IMG/VR virus record: IMGVR_UViG_2061766007_000501
Reading direction: 5' to 3' (one strand)
DNA from: an uncultured virus (IMG/VR IMGVR_UViG_2061766007_000501)
Taxonomy: Duplodnaviria; Heunggongvirae; Uroviricota; Caudoviricetes
DNA: 64,000 nucleotides
Shown piece after piece: positions 1-8,557 of the stretch. A program made the translations under genes and the position numbers. The notes beneath the pieces are model-generated. The model searched no databases. It saw only the letters and a program-made list of their open reading frames with translations, and was not told the origin of the DNA. Each line of letters starts with the position of its first letter. The stretch's first letter is position 1.

Positions 1-2
1 GC

Positions 3-247
3 GGCAGGCGTGATGCACGCACTGGTGCCATCCTCAAGGCTGAGGGGGTGCATGCAGGTGTCAGCGATATGATCCTGTTCGTCCCATCAGGCGGCTATCA
101 TGCGCTTTGCATCGAGATGAAGACAGCTACTGGTTCGCAGAGCAAGCTGCAGAAAGAGTGGCAGGCAGCCGNNNNNNNNNNNNNNNNNNNNNNGATTTCA
201 TTAGTGAGGTCACGGACTACCTGAATATGGGCAATGTAAATTCTTAG
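3..247 (+). CDS. VRR-NUC nuclease, C-terminal part (spans gap)
   Basis: Manual translation GRRDARTGAILKAEGVHAGVSDMILFVPSGGYHALCIEMKTATGSQSKLQKEWQ, a PD-(D/E)xK VRR-NUC pattern; stop TAG at 245-247. Confidence 0.85.
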
Positions 248-251
248 CATC

Positions 252-705
252 ATGGCAGGCAAGAAAAAGATAGGACTGGATTTTTGGTATCATGACACGA
301 ATGCGTTCCAGGATCTGAAGGTGCGTAAGCTCATCAAGCGCAAGGGTGGTGCAGCCTACACGGTATATGTATGCCTGCTATGTGAGATATACCGACATGG
401 CTATTACATCCAATACGATGACGAGCTGCCGTTTTTTATTTGCGAGCAGACTGGTGTTGATGAAGAATACATCAAGGAAGTCGTTAAGACGTGCCTGAAT
501 ATCGGGCTGTTCGACAAGAAGTTGTTCAAGAAGAAGGTACTGTCAAGCCAGCGCATTCAAGAGCACTTTGCAACAGTGAACCGTCAGGCAAAGCGTACTG
601 CTACCATCGACAAGTACCGCATAATTCCTTCCGAAGATAAAGCTATTTCTTCGGAAGATATAACCATTTCTTCGGAAGATATAACCATTTCTTCCAAAAA
701 AAGTG
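252..705 (+). CDS. DUF4373/Lin1244-like phage replication initiator, N-terminal part (cut by gap)
   Basis: GLDFWYHDTNAFQDLKVRKLIKRKGGAAYTVYVCLLCEIY...GLFD...LSSQRIQ pattern. Confidence 0.8.
624..695 (+). repeat. 21-bp tandem repeats (about 3.5 copies), candidate iterons
   Basis: ATTTCTTCGGAAGATATAACC units at 624, 645, 666, 687 (partial), with internal dyad TCTTC-G-GAAGA. Confidence 0.7.
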
Positions 706-739
706 NNNNNNNNNNNNNNNNNNNNNNNNNNNNNNNNNN

Positions 740-863
740 GGTATGCGAACCACTTGACGCAACGCATCTGGATATCGCTCTCCTCGTGCGATGGTCTCTT
801 TCGCTGGCTTATGGCCTTGTCCTTGGCCAACAGCCTCTCATATTTGCTCAATTCTTCTGACAT
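740..863 (-). CDS. VRR-NUC nuclease, N-terminal part (inverted contig)
   Basis: MSEELSKYE...RPSHEESDIQMRCVKWF is a typical VRR-NUC N-terminus and complements 3..247. Confidence 0.65.
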
Positions 864-1300
864 AACTCTATATTTTAGTGAGACATAAATTTCTTTTATA
901 AAGCTGTGCTATTCTCACGAACCGCACAGCAGAGGATTCTTCTTTGTATCAAACATTCGTCTGAAGTAATCAGGTTCGGCTGTTCACGACCTTCACAGGC
1001 CTCACGCCACTAACTAAAAAAATGGTCAAAAATAAGTTAAGTAAATCGTTGGAAGCAGGGGAGTCGAACCCCTTCCGGCTGAGGCTGGAGGTACCTGTCA
1101 TACACGGGCTGTCAACTCCATGCTACCACCATCCTGAGCCATCCTGCCCCAAACCGCAAAACCTTTTAAATTCCTACATCCTACATTACAAAGAAACAAT
1201 ACACGGTTTTCGCAGGCTTCCCTTATTGGCGGGNNNNNNNNNNNNNNNNNNNNNNNNNNNNNNNNNNNNNNCTGGGCTGCTATCGTTATGTTGTTTGAGC

Positions 1301-1477
1301 CTAGGTTATTCGGTGCCTTTCGACAAATCGGTCTATCTCCGATTTCTTGAAGAGATACTTGCGGCCTACCTTGCGGATGTGTACGTGCATATCCCTAACC
1401 ACATGAGCCTTTATCCACTCGTCACTGACACCACCCAGGTATCTGGCAAGCCCTTCATGGTCGAGCCAAGGGCTTTC
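1301..1477 (-). CDS. Excisionase-like HTH_17 protein (5' end in gap; not in ORF track)
   Basis: ESPWLDHEGLARYLGGVSDEWIKAHVVRDMHVHIRKVGRKYLFKKSEIDRFVERHRIT*. Confidence 0.7.
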   Translation of the reverse strand, partial: ESPWLDHEGLARYLGGVSDEWIKAHVVRDMHVHIRKVGRKYLFKKSEIDRFVERHRIT

Positions 1478-1488
1478 CNNNNNNNNNN

Positions 1489-2041
1489 TGAGGAAGGAGG
1501 ATTGTCTTTATCTGGCAATATACAGGATACAAGCCACCCGTCGTACACAATTGCCCCAGGTCAGCCTCAGCAGGGTCAAGGCAGTCCACACACCTACTTT
1601 GCGCTGATAAACGCACTGAAGGGAAATATAGGCATTACAGACGCACAATATGAGGATGACATCATCTGGGAATGTATGCGGCTCACCAACGATGGCAGGA
1701 CTGACAGTGTCGGGATGCCTCTTATCAGGGAATGGCTGGCGCAGCCTGATGATGCCAAGAGGGTGAACAAATTCTCATATCTTGTACAACGGCTGCAAAG
1801 GGCAGAGCAGGACGGATATATCAAGTGCAGGATGTCGCACAACGAATACTTCATGTTCCGATGGCTTCGCCTCAACTTGAAAATGGGCGAATACCGTGAG
1901 GTGGAATCCCTCTGCAAGGATTGTCCGAATAACCAGCTGCTCTGCCAGGACTGCATCAGGGAAATCAAGGCAAGCGGAGGCAAGATAAAGCTGCCGGGCA
2001 AGTTCATCTTGTCACGATTAAAGGAACAATTAACGCAATAA
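1489..2041 (+). CDS. Partial ORF, probably the C-terminal half of the DUF4373 initiator
   Basis: Open frame from the gap to stop 2041; starts EEGGLSLS, linker-like; same strand as 252..705. Confidence 0.5.
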
Positions 2042-2045
2042 GGAT

Positions 2046-2363
2046 ATGGGACGAAAGAAAGCAATATGCAGTATGAACGCCATCCTGCAGGACGATGGAA
2101 AGACGTGCTTTACATTTCGCTGCAATGGCGATGTGGTAGGTATCAACCAGCTCGATGCAGGGCATGCGTCCAAGATGTACCGTGCATTGGGCGAATTGAG
2201 GAGATTGATCTCCAGCTGCTACAATGTCGGATATATTGACAGGCAGGTCAGCGGCAGTGATAATCGCAACATCATTGGCAAGGTGCATAGAATCCTTAAC
2301 CGCTACCCGAATACCCCTACCCTCAACCGCATCAGGATTGAAATTGAAAATGAGGTGAAATGA
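2046..2363 (+). CDS. Hypothetical phage protein
   Basis: 105 aa ORF in a tightly packed operon. Confidence 0.65.
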   Translation: MGRKKAICSMNAILQDDGKTCFTFRCNGDVVGINQLDAGHASKMYRALGELRRLISSCYNVGYIDRQVSGSDNRNIIGKVHRILNRYPNTPTLNRIRIEIENEVK

Positions 2364-2626
2364 GCAGTGGTAAAGACAATCAGGTGTATGTAGTGTATGA
2401 CCAATTCCACTGGCATACTCCAGATCATGTTGAGTATGTCTTTAAAGGATGGGATGTAGCACTTGCTAATTACGCCTTTTTAAAGGAGGCACACCCAGAC
2501 AAGACACTGGGAATGTGCACCAAAGAGGAATTTATTAAAAAACTGAAAATAATAACTAACAGCGAAGCCAAGTGGAGCGAAGCTCAGGACAGCCAAGAAA
2601 GGCAAAGCGTAGCAAAGCACAGCTGA
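2360..2626 (+). CDS. Hypothetical phage protein (3' end runs through the pentamer array)
   Basis: ATGA overlap with upstream gene; 88 aa. Confidence 0.6.
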   Translation: MSSGKDNQVYVVYDQFHWHTPDHVEYVFKGWDVALANYAFLKEAHPDKTLGMCTKEEFIKKLKIITNSEAKWSEAQDSQERQSVAKHS

Positions 2627-2645
2627 GCCAAACAAAGCATAGCAA
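2561..2645 (+). repeat. Phased AGC-NN pentamer array 1 (17 units), candidate guide RNA
   Basis: agcga agcca agtgg agcga agctc aggac agcca agaaa ggcaa agcgt agcaa agcac agctg agcca aacaa agcat agcaa, then T-run. Confidence 0.9.
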
Positions 2646-2669
2646 ACTTTTTAAAAAACAAATGAGATT

Positions 2670-3172
2670 ATGAAGAACATTAAGTTGAAACTGACAAGCA
2701 CATGTCCTTTGATGCTGAACAATGCAAGGACAGTGAACCCATTCGATGAGTACAGTAAGATGTTAAAGCCCTTAACCAGTAAAAGGGTCAAGACAGAGGA
2801 TGATCTTGAGGAGATATCACGTATCAAGTTTATTGCATCCTTCTACTATGAGGACGGTACCTATATCCTGCCTGCCAACAACATCGAGCAGTCTTTCATT
2901 GAGGCTGCACGTGAGCGCAAGCTTGGTAAGAAGTTTGAGAAGAGCTTCCGCATATTCGATGATGCAAAGCTTGATTTCAGGGATAAGCTGATACCACCAG
3001 ATAAACTGTACAACCTTGGTATCTATGTGGACGTTCGTGCCGTTGGCATCAAGAATGTAAAGATTACCACTACCCGTGCCATCATACCTGAATGGAGTGC
3101 CGAATGCACCTGTTGGTTTGACGAAAGCCAGCTTAATGAATCGGAGGTGATGGAGATAGCCGATATAGCAGG
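2670..3172 (+). CDS. RAMP/Cas7-like (Vipr-like) protein, N-terminal part
   Basis: IKLKLTSTCPLMLN first strand, YILPANNIEQSF (cf. RAMP IPGSSLKG), RAIIPEWS; ends GATATAGCAGG at gap, continues at 63894 on -. Confidence 0.7.
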
Positions 3173-3466
3173 NNNNNNNNNNTCCATAGCCTGCCTGTAT
3201 AGCAGGTGATCAATGCCGTAACGAAGCTGCCTACCCAGAGCAGAATGATTACCACCTGCAAGGCTTCTAACATATCACTTTTCAGTTGTGCTTTCATAAT
3301 ACCATTTCGTTTTTAAGTTGTTCTACATTTTTGCTATCCCTGCCACATCGTGGCTCCTTATGATGCTCGACATACAAGCCCAGCTCAAAGCAGTACCTGC
3401 CGTTGATGCCGTTATGCGCCCTTGCACAGCTGGCGCATATTGGATTACACTTGCTCTTTGCCATAG

Positions 3467-3889
3467 TCAACAACCATTAGCACGTTTGACTTCTTCTGCC
3501 AACTCTTCAAGATTGACATCATCACTTTCATCATAGCCGAATGCGTCTGTCAGGGTGTTACACATATCATTGTCGGATATGCAGCCCAGCAATGTATCAG
3601 CCAGCATGACATCCCTCCTGTAGAGTTTGATTATGTGGTTGTTGATGTCAGAGCAATCCTTATCCAGCTCCTTGGTATATTCAAACAATTCCTTGTACCA
3701 GTCCTTTGCCATCCTGCAATCGCCCTGAACTGCCTCCAGCTGCTTCATGAGTTCATCGGCAAGTTCACGGTACTTCTTCATGACCTCCAGCAGGCGTTTG
3801 TCCCTGGCAATGCTTTGCTTCTTGTTGATGACCTGCATTACGCCCAATGCAATCACCGCTACCATCAAGATAATGTCTATCGTTGTCAT
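3467..3889 (-). CDS. Hypothetical protein, N-terminal TM plus coiled coil
   Basis: 140 aa ORF in early operon. Confidence 0.65.
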   Translation of the reverse strand: MTTIDIILMVAVIALGVMQVINKKQSIARDKRLLEVMKKYRELADELMKQLEAVQGDCRMAKDWYKELFEYTKELDKDCSDINNHIIKLYRRDVMLADTLLGCISDNDMCNTLTDAFGYDESDDVNLEELAEEVKRANGC

Positions 3890-4068
3890 ACAAGTGCCTC
3901 ATTATCGGTTAGAAAACTCTCGCAGGCATCATGCATACCCTGCAACTCCATATCCTCTTTGTAATTGTCCTGAGCAATCGCCCAGTTCTTGTAGCTGTTG
4001 GCATGGGCAATGGCAGCCTGATCACCTTTCTCCGTCTGCATGGTATGCAGCAGACGAATCTTTCTCAT
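3886..4068 (-). CDS. Hypothetical protein
   Basis: 60 aa, overlaps next start. Confidence 0.55.
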   Translation of the reverse strand: MRKIRLLHTMQTEKGDQAAIAHANSYKNWAIAQDNYKEDMELQGMHDACESFLTDNEALV

Positions 4069-4209
4069 GTACGCCTCCTCGTACTTNNNNNNNNNNNNNN
4101 NNNNNNNNNNNNNNNNNNNNNNNNNNNNNNNNNNNNNNNNNNNNNNNNNNNNNNNNNNNNNNNNNNNNNNNNNNNNNNNNNNNNNNNNNNNNNNNNNNNN
4201 NNNNNNNNN

Positions 4210-4333
4210 GGCATTTCCTTAGAGATTCCAGCTGCCTCCTAAGTATGCATATCCTCTGGTGCGTCCTGACTGTTGCAATGAGCAGGTATGCACAGCAGAT
4301 CGTCAGCAATATGATGGCAGCCGTTGTCATCAC
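4210..4333 (-). CDS. Hypothetical membrane-anchored protein (partial)
   Basis: Hydrophobic N-terminus; runs into gap. Confidence 0.5.
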
Positions 4334-4530
4334 GCCTTTACCTTCACGATGGCTTCTGCGCCACCGTAGTTCTTCATCGCCTCAGTGCGTATTCTTCCAG
4401 CGAGTTGGCTCTCCGTGTCATATCGCAGGGCACGTCTTACGGTGTACGTGCTAACGCCGAAATGTTTCGCCAGTGAGGTAATCTTACCCAGTGGCACAAT
4501 AATTCTTGGAATTTCCTTTGTTCTTACCAT
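4330..4530 (-). CDS. Cro-like HTH protein
   Basis: LAKHFGVSTYTVRRAL HTH; first gene of the leftward early operon, behind a TATCTTTG promoter. Confidence 0.75.
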   Translation of the reverse strand: MVRTKEIPRIIVPLGKITSLAKHFGVSTYTVRRALRYDTESQLAGRIRTEAMKNYGGAEAIVKVKA

Positions 4531-4604
4531 ATTTATTATTAGTTTTGCAATTCACTCCCTTTGTTGCATACCGCAACATAGGTGAGTAATTAGGTTTACT
4601 GGTG

Positions 4605-4625
4605 CAAAGATAGAACAATTATTCT
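4605..4625 (-). promoter_or_regulatory. Early promoter -7 box with adjacent palindromic operator
   Basis: CAAAGATA (TATCTTTG on -) abutting AGAACAATTATTCT; same layout at 5412-5432. Confidence 0.55.
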
Positions 4626-4831
4626 AACATTACAAGTAAAGTTAAGAATAAANNNNNNNNNNATGCAAAGATATAACAATTATTCTAACATTACAAGTAA
4701 AGTTAAGAATAAATGTTATATTTAGAATGATTATAAATAAAGAAAGGAGGTAAGTTGTTGTAATATATNNNNNNNNNNTGTTCTATTTAGAATGATTATA
4801 AATAAAGAAAGGAGGTAAGTTGTTGTAATAT

Positions 4832-5167
4832 ATGGAGTTAAAGGAATATGTAAAAAAATCTCTATTAGAGATAGCGGAAGGAGTTGATGAAGCTATTAAG
4901 GAATCTGCTGGCAAAGGATATTACATTAGTCCTGCTGACAAGGATACACCTGCAATGGTAAAATTTCGCATATCAGTTGAGGCTTCTGTTAAAGGTGGGT
5001 TAAGTTTAAAGGTGATTGACTCTGGTTTGTCTGAGCATAGCAGTAATACCCTGGAATTTGAAATACCTGTAATATTACCAGTAAGTATTACTGAAGCATA
5101 TAAAAAGAGAGAACTGATTATGAAATGTAAGCCTAAAAGGATTCCTCCTGAACATGAGAATGTTTAG
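4832..5167 (+). CDS. Hypothetical protein (trypco2-like), AT-rich accessory gene
   Basis: MELKEYVKKSLLEIAEGV...VKFRISV...GGLSLKV...LEFEIPV pattern. Confidence 0.55.
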   Translation: MELKEYVKKSLLEIAEGVDEAIKESAGKGYYISPADKDTPAMVKFRISVEASVKGGLSLKVIDSGLSEHSSNTLEFEIPVILPVSITEAYKKRELIMKCKPKRIPPEHENV

Positions 5168-5170
5168 CTT

Positions 5171-5371
5171 CTACTTTCCTTGCTTGGTAATCCATGATGC
5201 TTCGTATGGGACACCTTCTCGTATGTAGTTAAATAATTCGTCAGTTTCTTCGGAAAGTGATTGTGCGTCATGACAACTACCTATTTGAAGCACTTTTTCT
5301 GCGCACCACATACGAAGCAGTTCATCAGGAAGAGCGGATGGGTTTTCACCGAAGTTGATTTGGATGGTCAT
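5171..5371 (-). CDS. Hypothetical protein
   Basis: 66 aa ORF with own -7 box at 5412-5419. Confidence 0.55.
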   Translation of the reverse strand: MTIQINFGENPSALPDELLRMWCAEKVLQIGSCHDAQSLSEETDELFNYIREGVPYEASWITKQGK

Positions 5372-5436
5372 AATAGTATTATTTTTTTAAGTTAAATGAA
5401 TAATGATATTGCAAAGATAGAATAAATATTCTTATT

Positions 5437-5853
5437 ATGGAAATAATAGATAGAATAAAAATGCTTATTGACGAGGTAATGCCAGAAGGTAGTAAAAATG
5501 ACAATTCTTTTGCGAAATCTATTAATATGGAGCAAAAAACTGTCAATAATTATATGAATGGGACAAATAAACCCTCTTTAAAATTCGTTGAGGCTATTTT
5601 AAAGTCATTTCCTAATGTTTCTGCTGAATGGCTAATGCGAGAAGAAGGGGGAATGTTTAAATCGATAAATCAGTCTGTAAATGGTGTTGGCAATAACATT
5701 CAGGCAGGTGGTAACGTGTCTCATGTGTCGGCAATTGGTAGGGGTGATAAAAGCACGGCTGCCCTGATTGCACAATTAAAGGGTGAGGTTGAATATCTTC
5801 GTAGCAAGAACGATCAGCTTCTTGCCATGCTTAGTAATATTCATTTGAACTAA
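5437..5853 (+). CDS. CI-like XRE HTH repressor
   Basis: FAKSINMEQKTVNNYMNGTNKPS...FPNVSAEWLMREEGGM; divergent from cro-like gene. Confidence 0.85.
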   Translation: MEIIDRIKMLIDEVMPEGSKNDNSFAKSINMEQKTVNNYMNGTNKPSLKFVEAILKSFPNVSAEWLMREEGGMFKSINQSVNGVGNNIQAGGNVSHVSAIGRGDKSTAALIAQLKGEVEYLRSKNDQLLAMLSNIHLN

Positions 5854-5884
5854 GCAGAATGTTTTTCTTTTAAATATTATTGGT

Positions 5885-6223
5885 ATGAAAAAAATAGCAT
5901 TGATAATGATGGGTTTCTTTTTAATTGTGTCCTGCGCATCTGAGCAAGGAGAGAAAATTGATATAGCAGGGCGTGTAGTTACCGAAATGACACCTCTTCA
6001 CTCTCATGAGATGACTATACTTGATTATGTCTTCATTGACAGCAATGACGTTTTGCACACAACAAGAAGATGTCATGTGCTTGAAGATGCAAGGACATAT
6101 AGTGGCAGGTACTATAATACCGAATACCTACCCGATATAAAGGTGTATGACGTATGCTCCCAATGTGTGAACTATGAAACCTGGAAAGAACTACGTGCTA
6201 TAGGTGTAGTGGTGGGTGAATGA
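5885..6223 (+). CDS. Lipoprotein in immunity region (possible superinfection exclusion)
   Basis: MKKIALIMMGFFLIVSC lipobox; downstream of repressor. Confidence 0.6.
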   Translation: MKKIALIMMGFFLIVSCASEQGEKIDIAGRVVTEMTPLHSHEMTILDYVFIDSNDVLHTTRRCHVLEDARTYSGRYYNTEYLPDIKVYDVCSQCVNYETWKELRAIGVVVGE

Positions 6224-6516
6224 GTGCGCAATGAATGCGCAAGCGATATAAGAATTAAATAAAATGTTGGTAACTAGGACTATGCGGCAAGCAAAAGACT
6301 GCTTCCCAAGCCGAAGGTCACGGGTTCGAACCCCGCTTGCCGCTCTAACTGATAATCAGGTGTTTAAGTAATTTTAAGTGGTTTATAATAAGGATATAGA
6401 TGAGGTTTGGATGGGTAGAAATGTCCGTTTTTAGCCGTTTTTAGCCGTTTTTGACAGGCATTTGAGTGCGCAATGAGTGCGCAACCTGGAGTTAGTTGGA
6501 TTTTTTGAGTGCGCAA
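6221..6516 (+). other. attP: tRNA core flanked by integrase arm-type repeats
   Basis: TGAGTGCGCAA at 6221, 6232 (1 mismatch), 6463, 6474, 6506; CCGTTTTTAG x3 at 6425-6454; next to integrase. Confidence 0.8.
6301..6345 (+). tRNA. 3' half of tRNA-Gly(CCC), att core (not a full tRNA)
   Basis: GC-TTCCCAA-GCCGA anticodon loop, GGTTCGAACCC T-arm, TTGCCGC-T acceptor; no D-arm. Confidence 0.8.
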
Positions 6517-6591
6517 GCACAGTCTGGATTAGTCTTTTGTATCGGCATTTTGTTTTTAAAAAGAATTATTAAAGAACAAATGTTAGATATT

Positions 6592-7821
6592 ATGAAAAAG
6601 CTAAGTGTTTATGTGGACGGCAGACGCAAGAATGCCAATGGCGAATACACAGTCTATGTTAGGGTGTTCGATGATCGGTTTAAGAAGACGGTGAAGTTCA
6701 GTGCTGGACTCACATCGCCAGTCGTGTTTATGGGGCGTGCGTTTCCTGCAGATGTGCCATCAGCAGACATCCTGACAACGCATCTCAACAGGGTGTACGG
6801 CATCATCCAGCAGCTGGCTCTGCTCAACGATGAGCAGCAGATGGACGAGTTCAAGTCGCAGGTAGACGAGGCTCTTGGGCGAAATCCGAAGAAATCAAAG
6901 CCAAAGTATTTCATCGACTACATCAGGATGTTTGCCTCAGAGAAGACGAACAGGAAGACAAAGTCAATCTATGACCAGACATTCAAGAAGGTAAGGGACT
7001 ATGATGCAAGTGCCACCTTTGACTCAATTGACTACAGATGGCTGCAGGGTTACGAAAAGCGTTACAGCAGGATGACGACCAACGGTAGGGGCATATCGCT
7101 GCGCAGCATCAGGGCTGTGTTCAACTGGGCGATCGTCAACGGATACACCGACAGGTACCCGTTCCGCCAGTTCAAGATTAAAGAGGAACGCACGCGCAAG
7201 CGAAGCCTGACAATCGACCAACTGAGGCTGCTTCGTGACTATCCCGTCCAGGCATGGCAGGAGGAGTACCGCGACATATTCATGCTGCAGTTCTATTTGA
7301 TTGGTATCAACATTTCAGACCTGCTTGAACTGCGTAAGCTGACGGACGGCAGATGTGTCTACCGACGCAAGAAGACTGGCAGGCTGTACGACATTGCAGT
7401 GCCTCCAGAGGCGATGGAGATAATAAACAAGTACAAGGGTGAGAACTACCTGATCAACCCGCTTGACCGATACAAGAACGTGGACAATTACGTTGCTCAT
7501 CTGAACATCGGGTTGAAAAAAATAGGAGCGTGCAGGTGCATAAGGGATACGCATGGGAACACCAGGTATGAGTATGATTCCCTGTTTCCAGAACTGTCAA
7601 CCTATTGGAGCCGTCACACATGGGCAACGATAGCGGCATCGCTTGACATACCGAAGGAGACGATTGGCAAGTCGCTTGGGCATTATGAATGGGACAGCAC
7701 CACCACCGACATCTACATAGCCTTTGACAACCGCAAGATCGATGAGGCGAACAGGCGGGTGATAGACTACCTGAATGAGGACAAGGGATTCGGGTGTAAG
7801 ATAATATCAATGGTACCATAA
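6592..7821 (+). CDS. int: Tyrosine integrase (Bacteroidetes SAM-5 type)
   Basis: Arm-binding N-terminus; YWSRHTWATIA, LGH and TTDIY catalytic motifs; start placed at MKKLSV. Confidence 0.93.
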   Translation: MKKLSVYVDGRRKNANGEYTVYVRVFDDRFKKTVKFSAGLTSPVVFMGRAFPADVPSADILTTHLNRVYGIIQQLALLNDEQQMDEFKSQVDEALGRNPKKSKPKYFIDYIRMFASEKTNRKTKSIYDQTFKKVRDYDASATFDSIDYRWLQGYEKRYSRMTTNGRGISLRSIRAVFNWAIVNGYTDRYPFRQFKIKEERTRKRSLTIDQLRLLRDYPVQAWQEEYRDIFMLQFYLIGINISDLLELRKLTDGRCVYRRKKTGRLYDIAVPPEAMEIINKYKGENYLINPLDRYKNVDNYVAHLNIGLKKIGACRCIRDTHGNTRYEYDSLFPELSTYWSRHTWATIAASLDIPKETIGKSLGHYEWDSTTTDIYIAFDNRKIDEANRRVIDYLNEDKGFGCKIISMVP

Positions 7822-7827
7822 AAAGAA

Positions 7828-7917
7828 AGTGCAGCCTGTCCTCACGGATGGGCTGCACTCAATAGAAAAATATAAAATTATAAACAGTATGCAGTCTATC
7901 TTCACAGACTAGCTGCA
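7828..7917. terminator. Two hairpins between convergent genes
   Basis: AGTGCAGCC..GGCTGCACT and TGCAG..CTGCA stems, GUGA-type loops on - strand. Confidence 0.65.
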
Positions 7918-7968
7918 CCGATGTCACACTTATAATTAAGTATGATTAGCAGAATCGTTTTCATTTAA

Positions 7969-8523
7969 TTAAACAATTTTTCTTTTTCTGTAACTGCGCA
8001 ATGCCTCCACTCGCCTTTTCTCCTGTTCTGGTGTAAGCGTGTGACCTTTCTTGTATTCGCCTTCAGGATGTGCGTGTTCACCTTTTCTAAATGCACCAGG
8101 ATAGCCTTTCTTCTTTGATATGACATGCGCCACCATCCTGTGTTCATCCCATTTCTTTAATAGCCACTCTTTGTCCTTTTCAAGCCCAAGTTCACGTGCC
8201 TTCCTTATAAGAGTCCTTTGTGATACGCCAAGCATTCCAGCAAGCTCTTCATTAATCATTGTCGGAAAATACCTAATGATTTCGTCAAGCATCTGCCTGC
8301 TCCAATATATCCTTAACGAAATCCCTTGCTTTACCATCAATAAACCTGTGTCAGGATTTCTTCTTACTCCGTCAGCAACTTTCTTGTTTTCGTTATACCA
8401 TGTTCTTTTCTGCGCTTTTACACATTCTTTGCAGTAAGAAGAATAAACGCCATTACGGCTTTTGTAAAAGTCACGCAGCCATAGTTTACGCCCACATTTT
8501 GGGCATGCCTTCTTTCTTATCAT
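7969..8523 (-). CDS. Zn-finger/HTH hypothetical protein
   Basis: CPKC...CKEC; NEELAGMLGVSQRTLIRKARELG. Confidence 0.7.
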   Translation of the reverse strand: MIRKKACPKCGRKLWLRDFYKSRNGVYSSYCKECVKAQKRTWYNENKKVADGVRRNPDTGLLMVKQGISLRIYWSRQMLDEIIRYFPTMINEELAGMLGVSQRTLIRKARELGLEKDKEWLLKKWDEHRMVAHVISKKKGYPGAFRKGEHAHPEGEYKKGHTLTPEQEKRRVEALRSYRKRKIV

Positions 8524-8557
8524 AGTTAATTGAAATTTGATTAACAGAAGTGTTCAT

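Noticed and set aside
252..2041. Track ORFs 252-860, 543-863 and 1022-2041 as intact genes
   Set aside because: They read through N gaps that join differently oriented contigs
2561..2645. Pentamer arrays as a CRISPR array or simple microsatellite
   Set aside because: No 23-47 nt repeats or spacers and no cas1/cas2; units vary at two fixed positions rather than being identical
4603..4831. Tandem duplications near 4603/4664 and 4719/4784
   Set aside because: Each pair flanks an N gap; most likely scaffold overlap or allelic variants
5527..5560. Gapped self-match of the array 1 NN string to the repressor gene (CA.AA.AC.GT.AA)
   Set aside because: Only a few dinucleotides match in AT-rich sequence; consistent with chance
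6284..6345. Functional phage tRNA-Gly gene
   Set aside because: D-arm missing and anticodon stem mismatched; explained as att core
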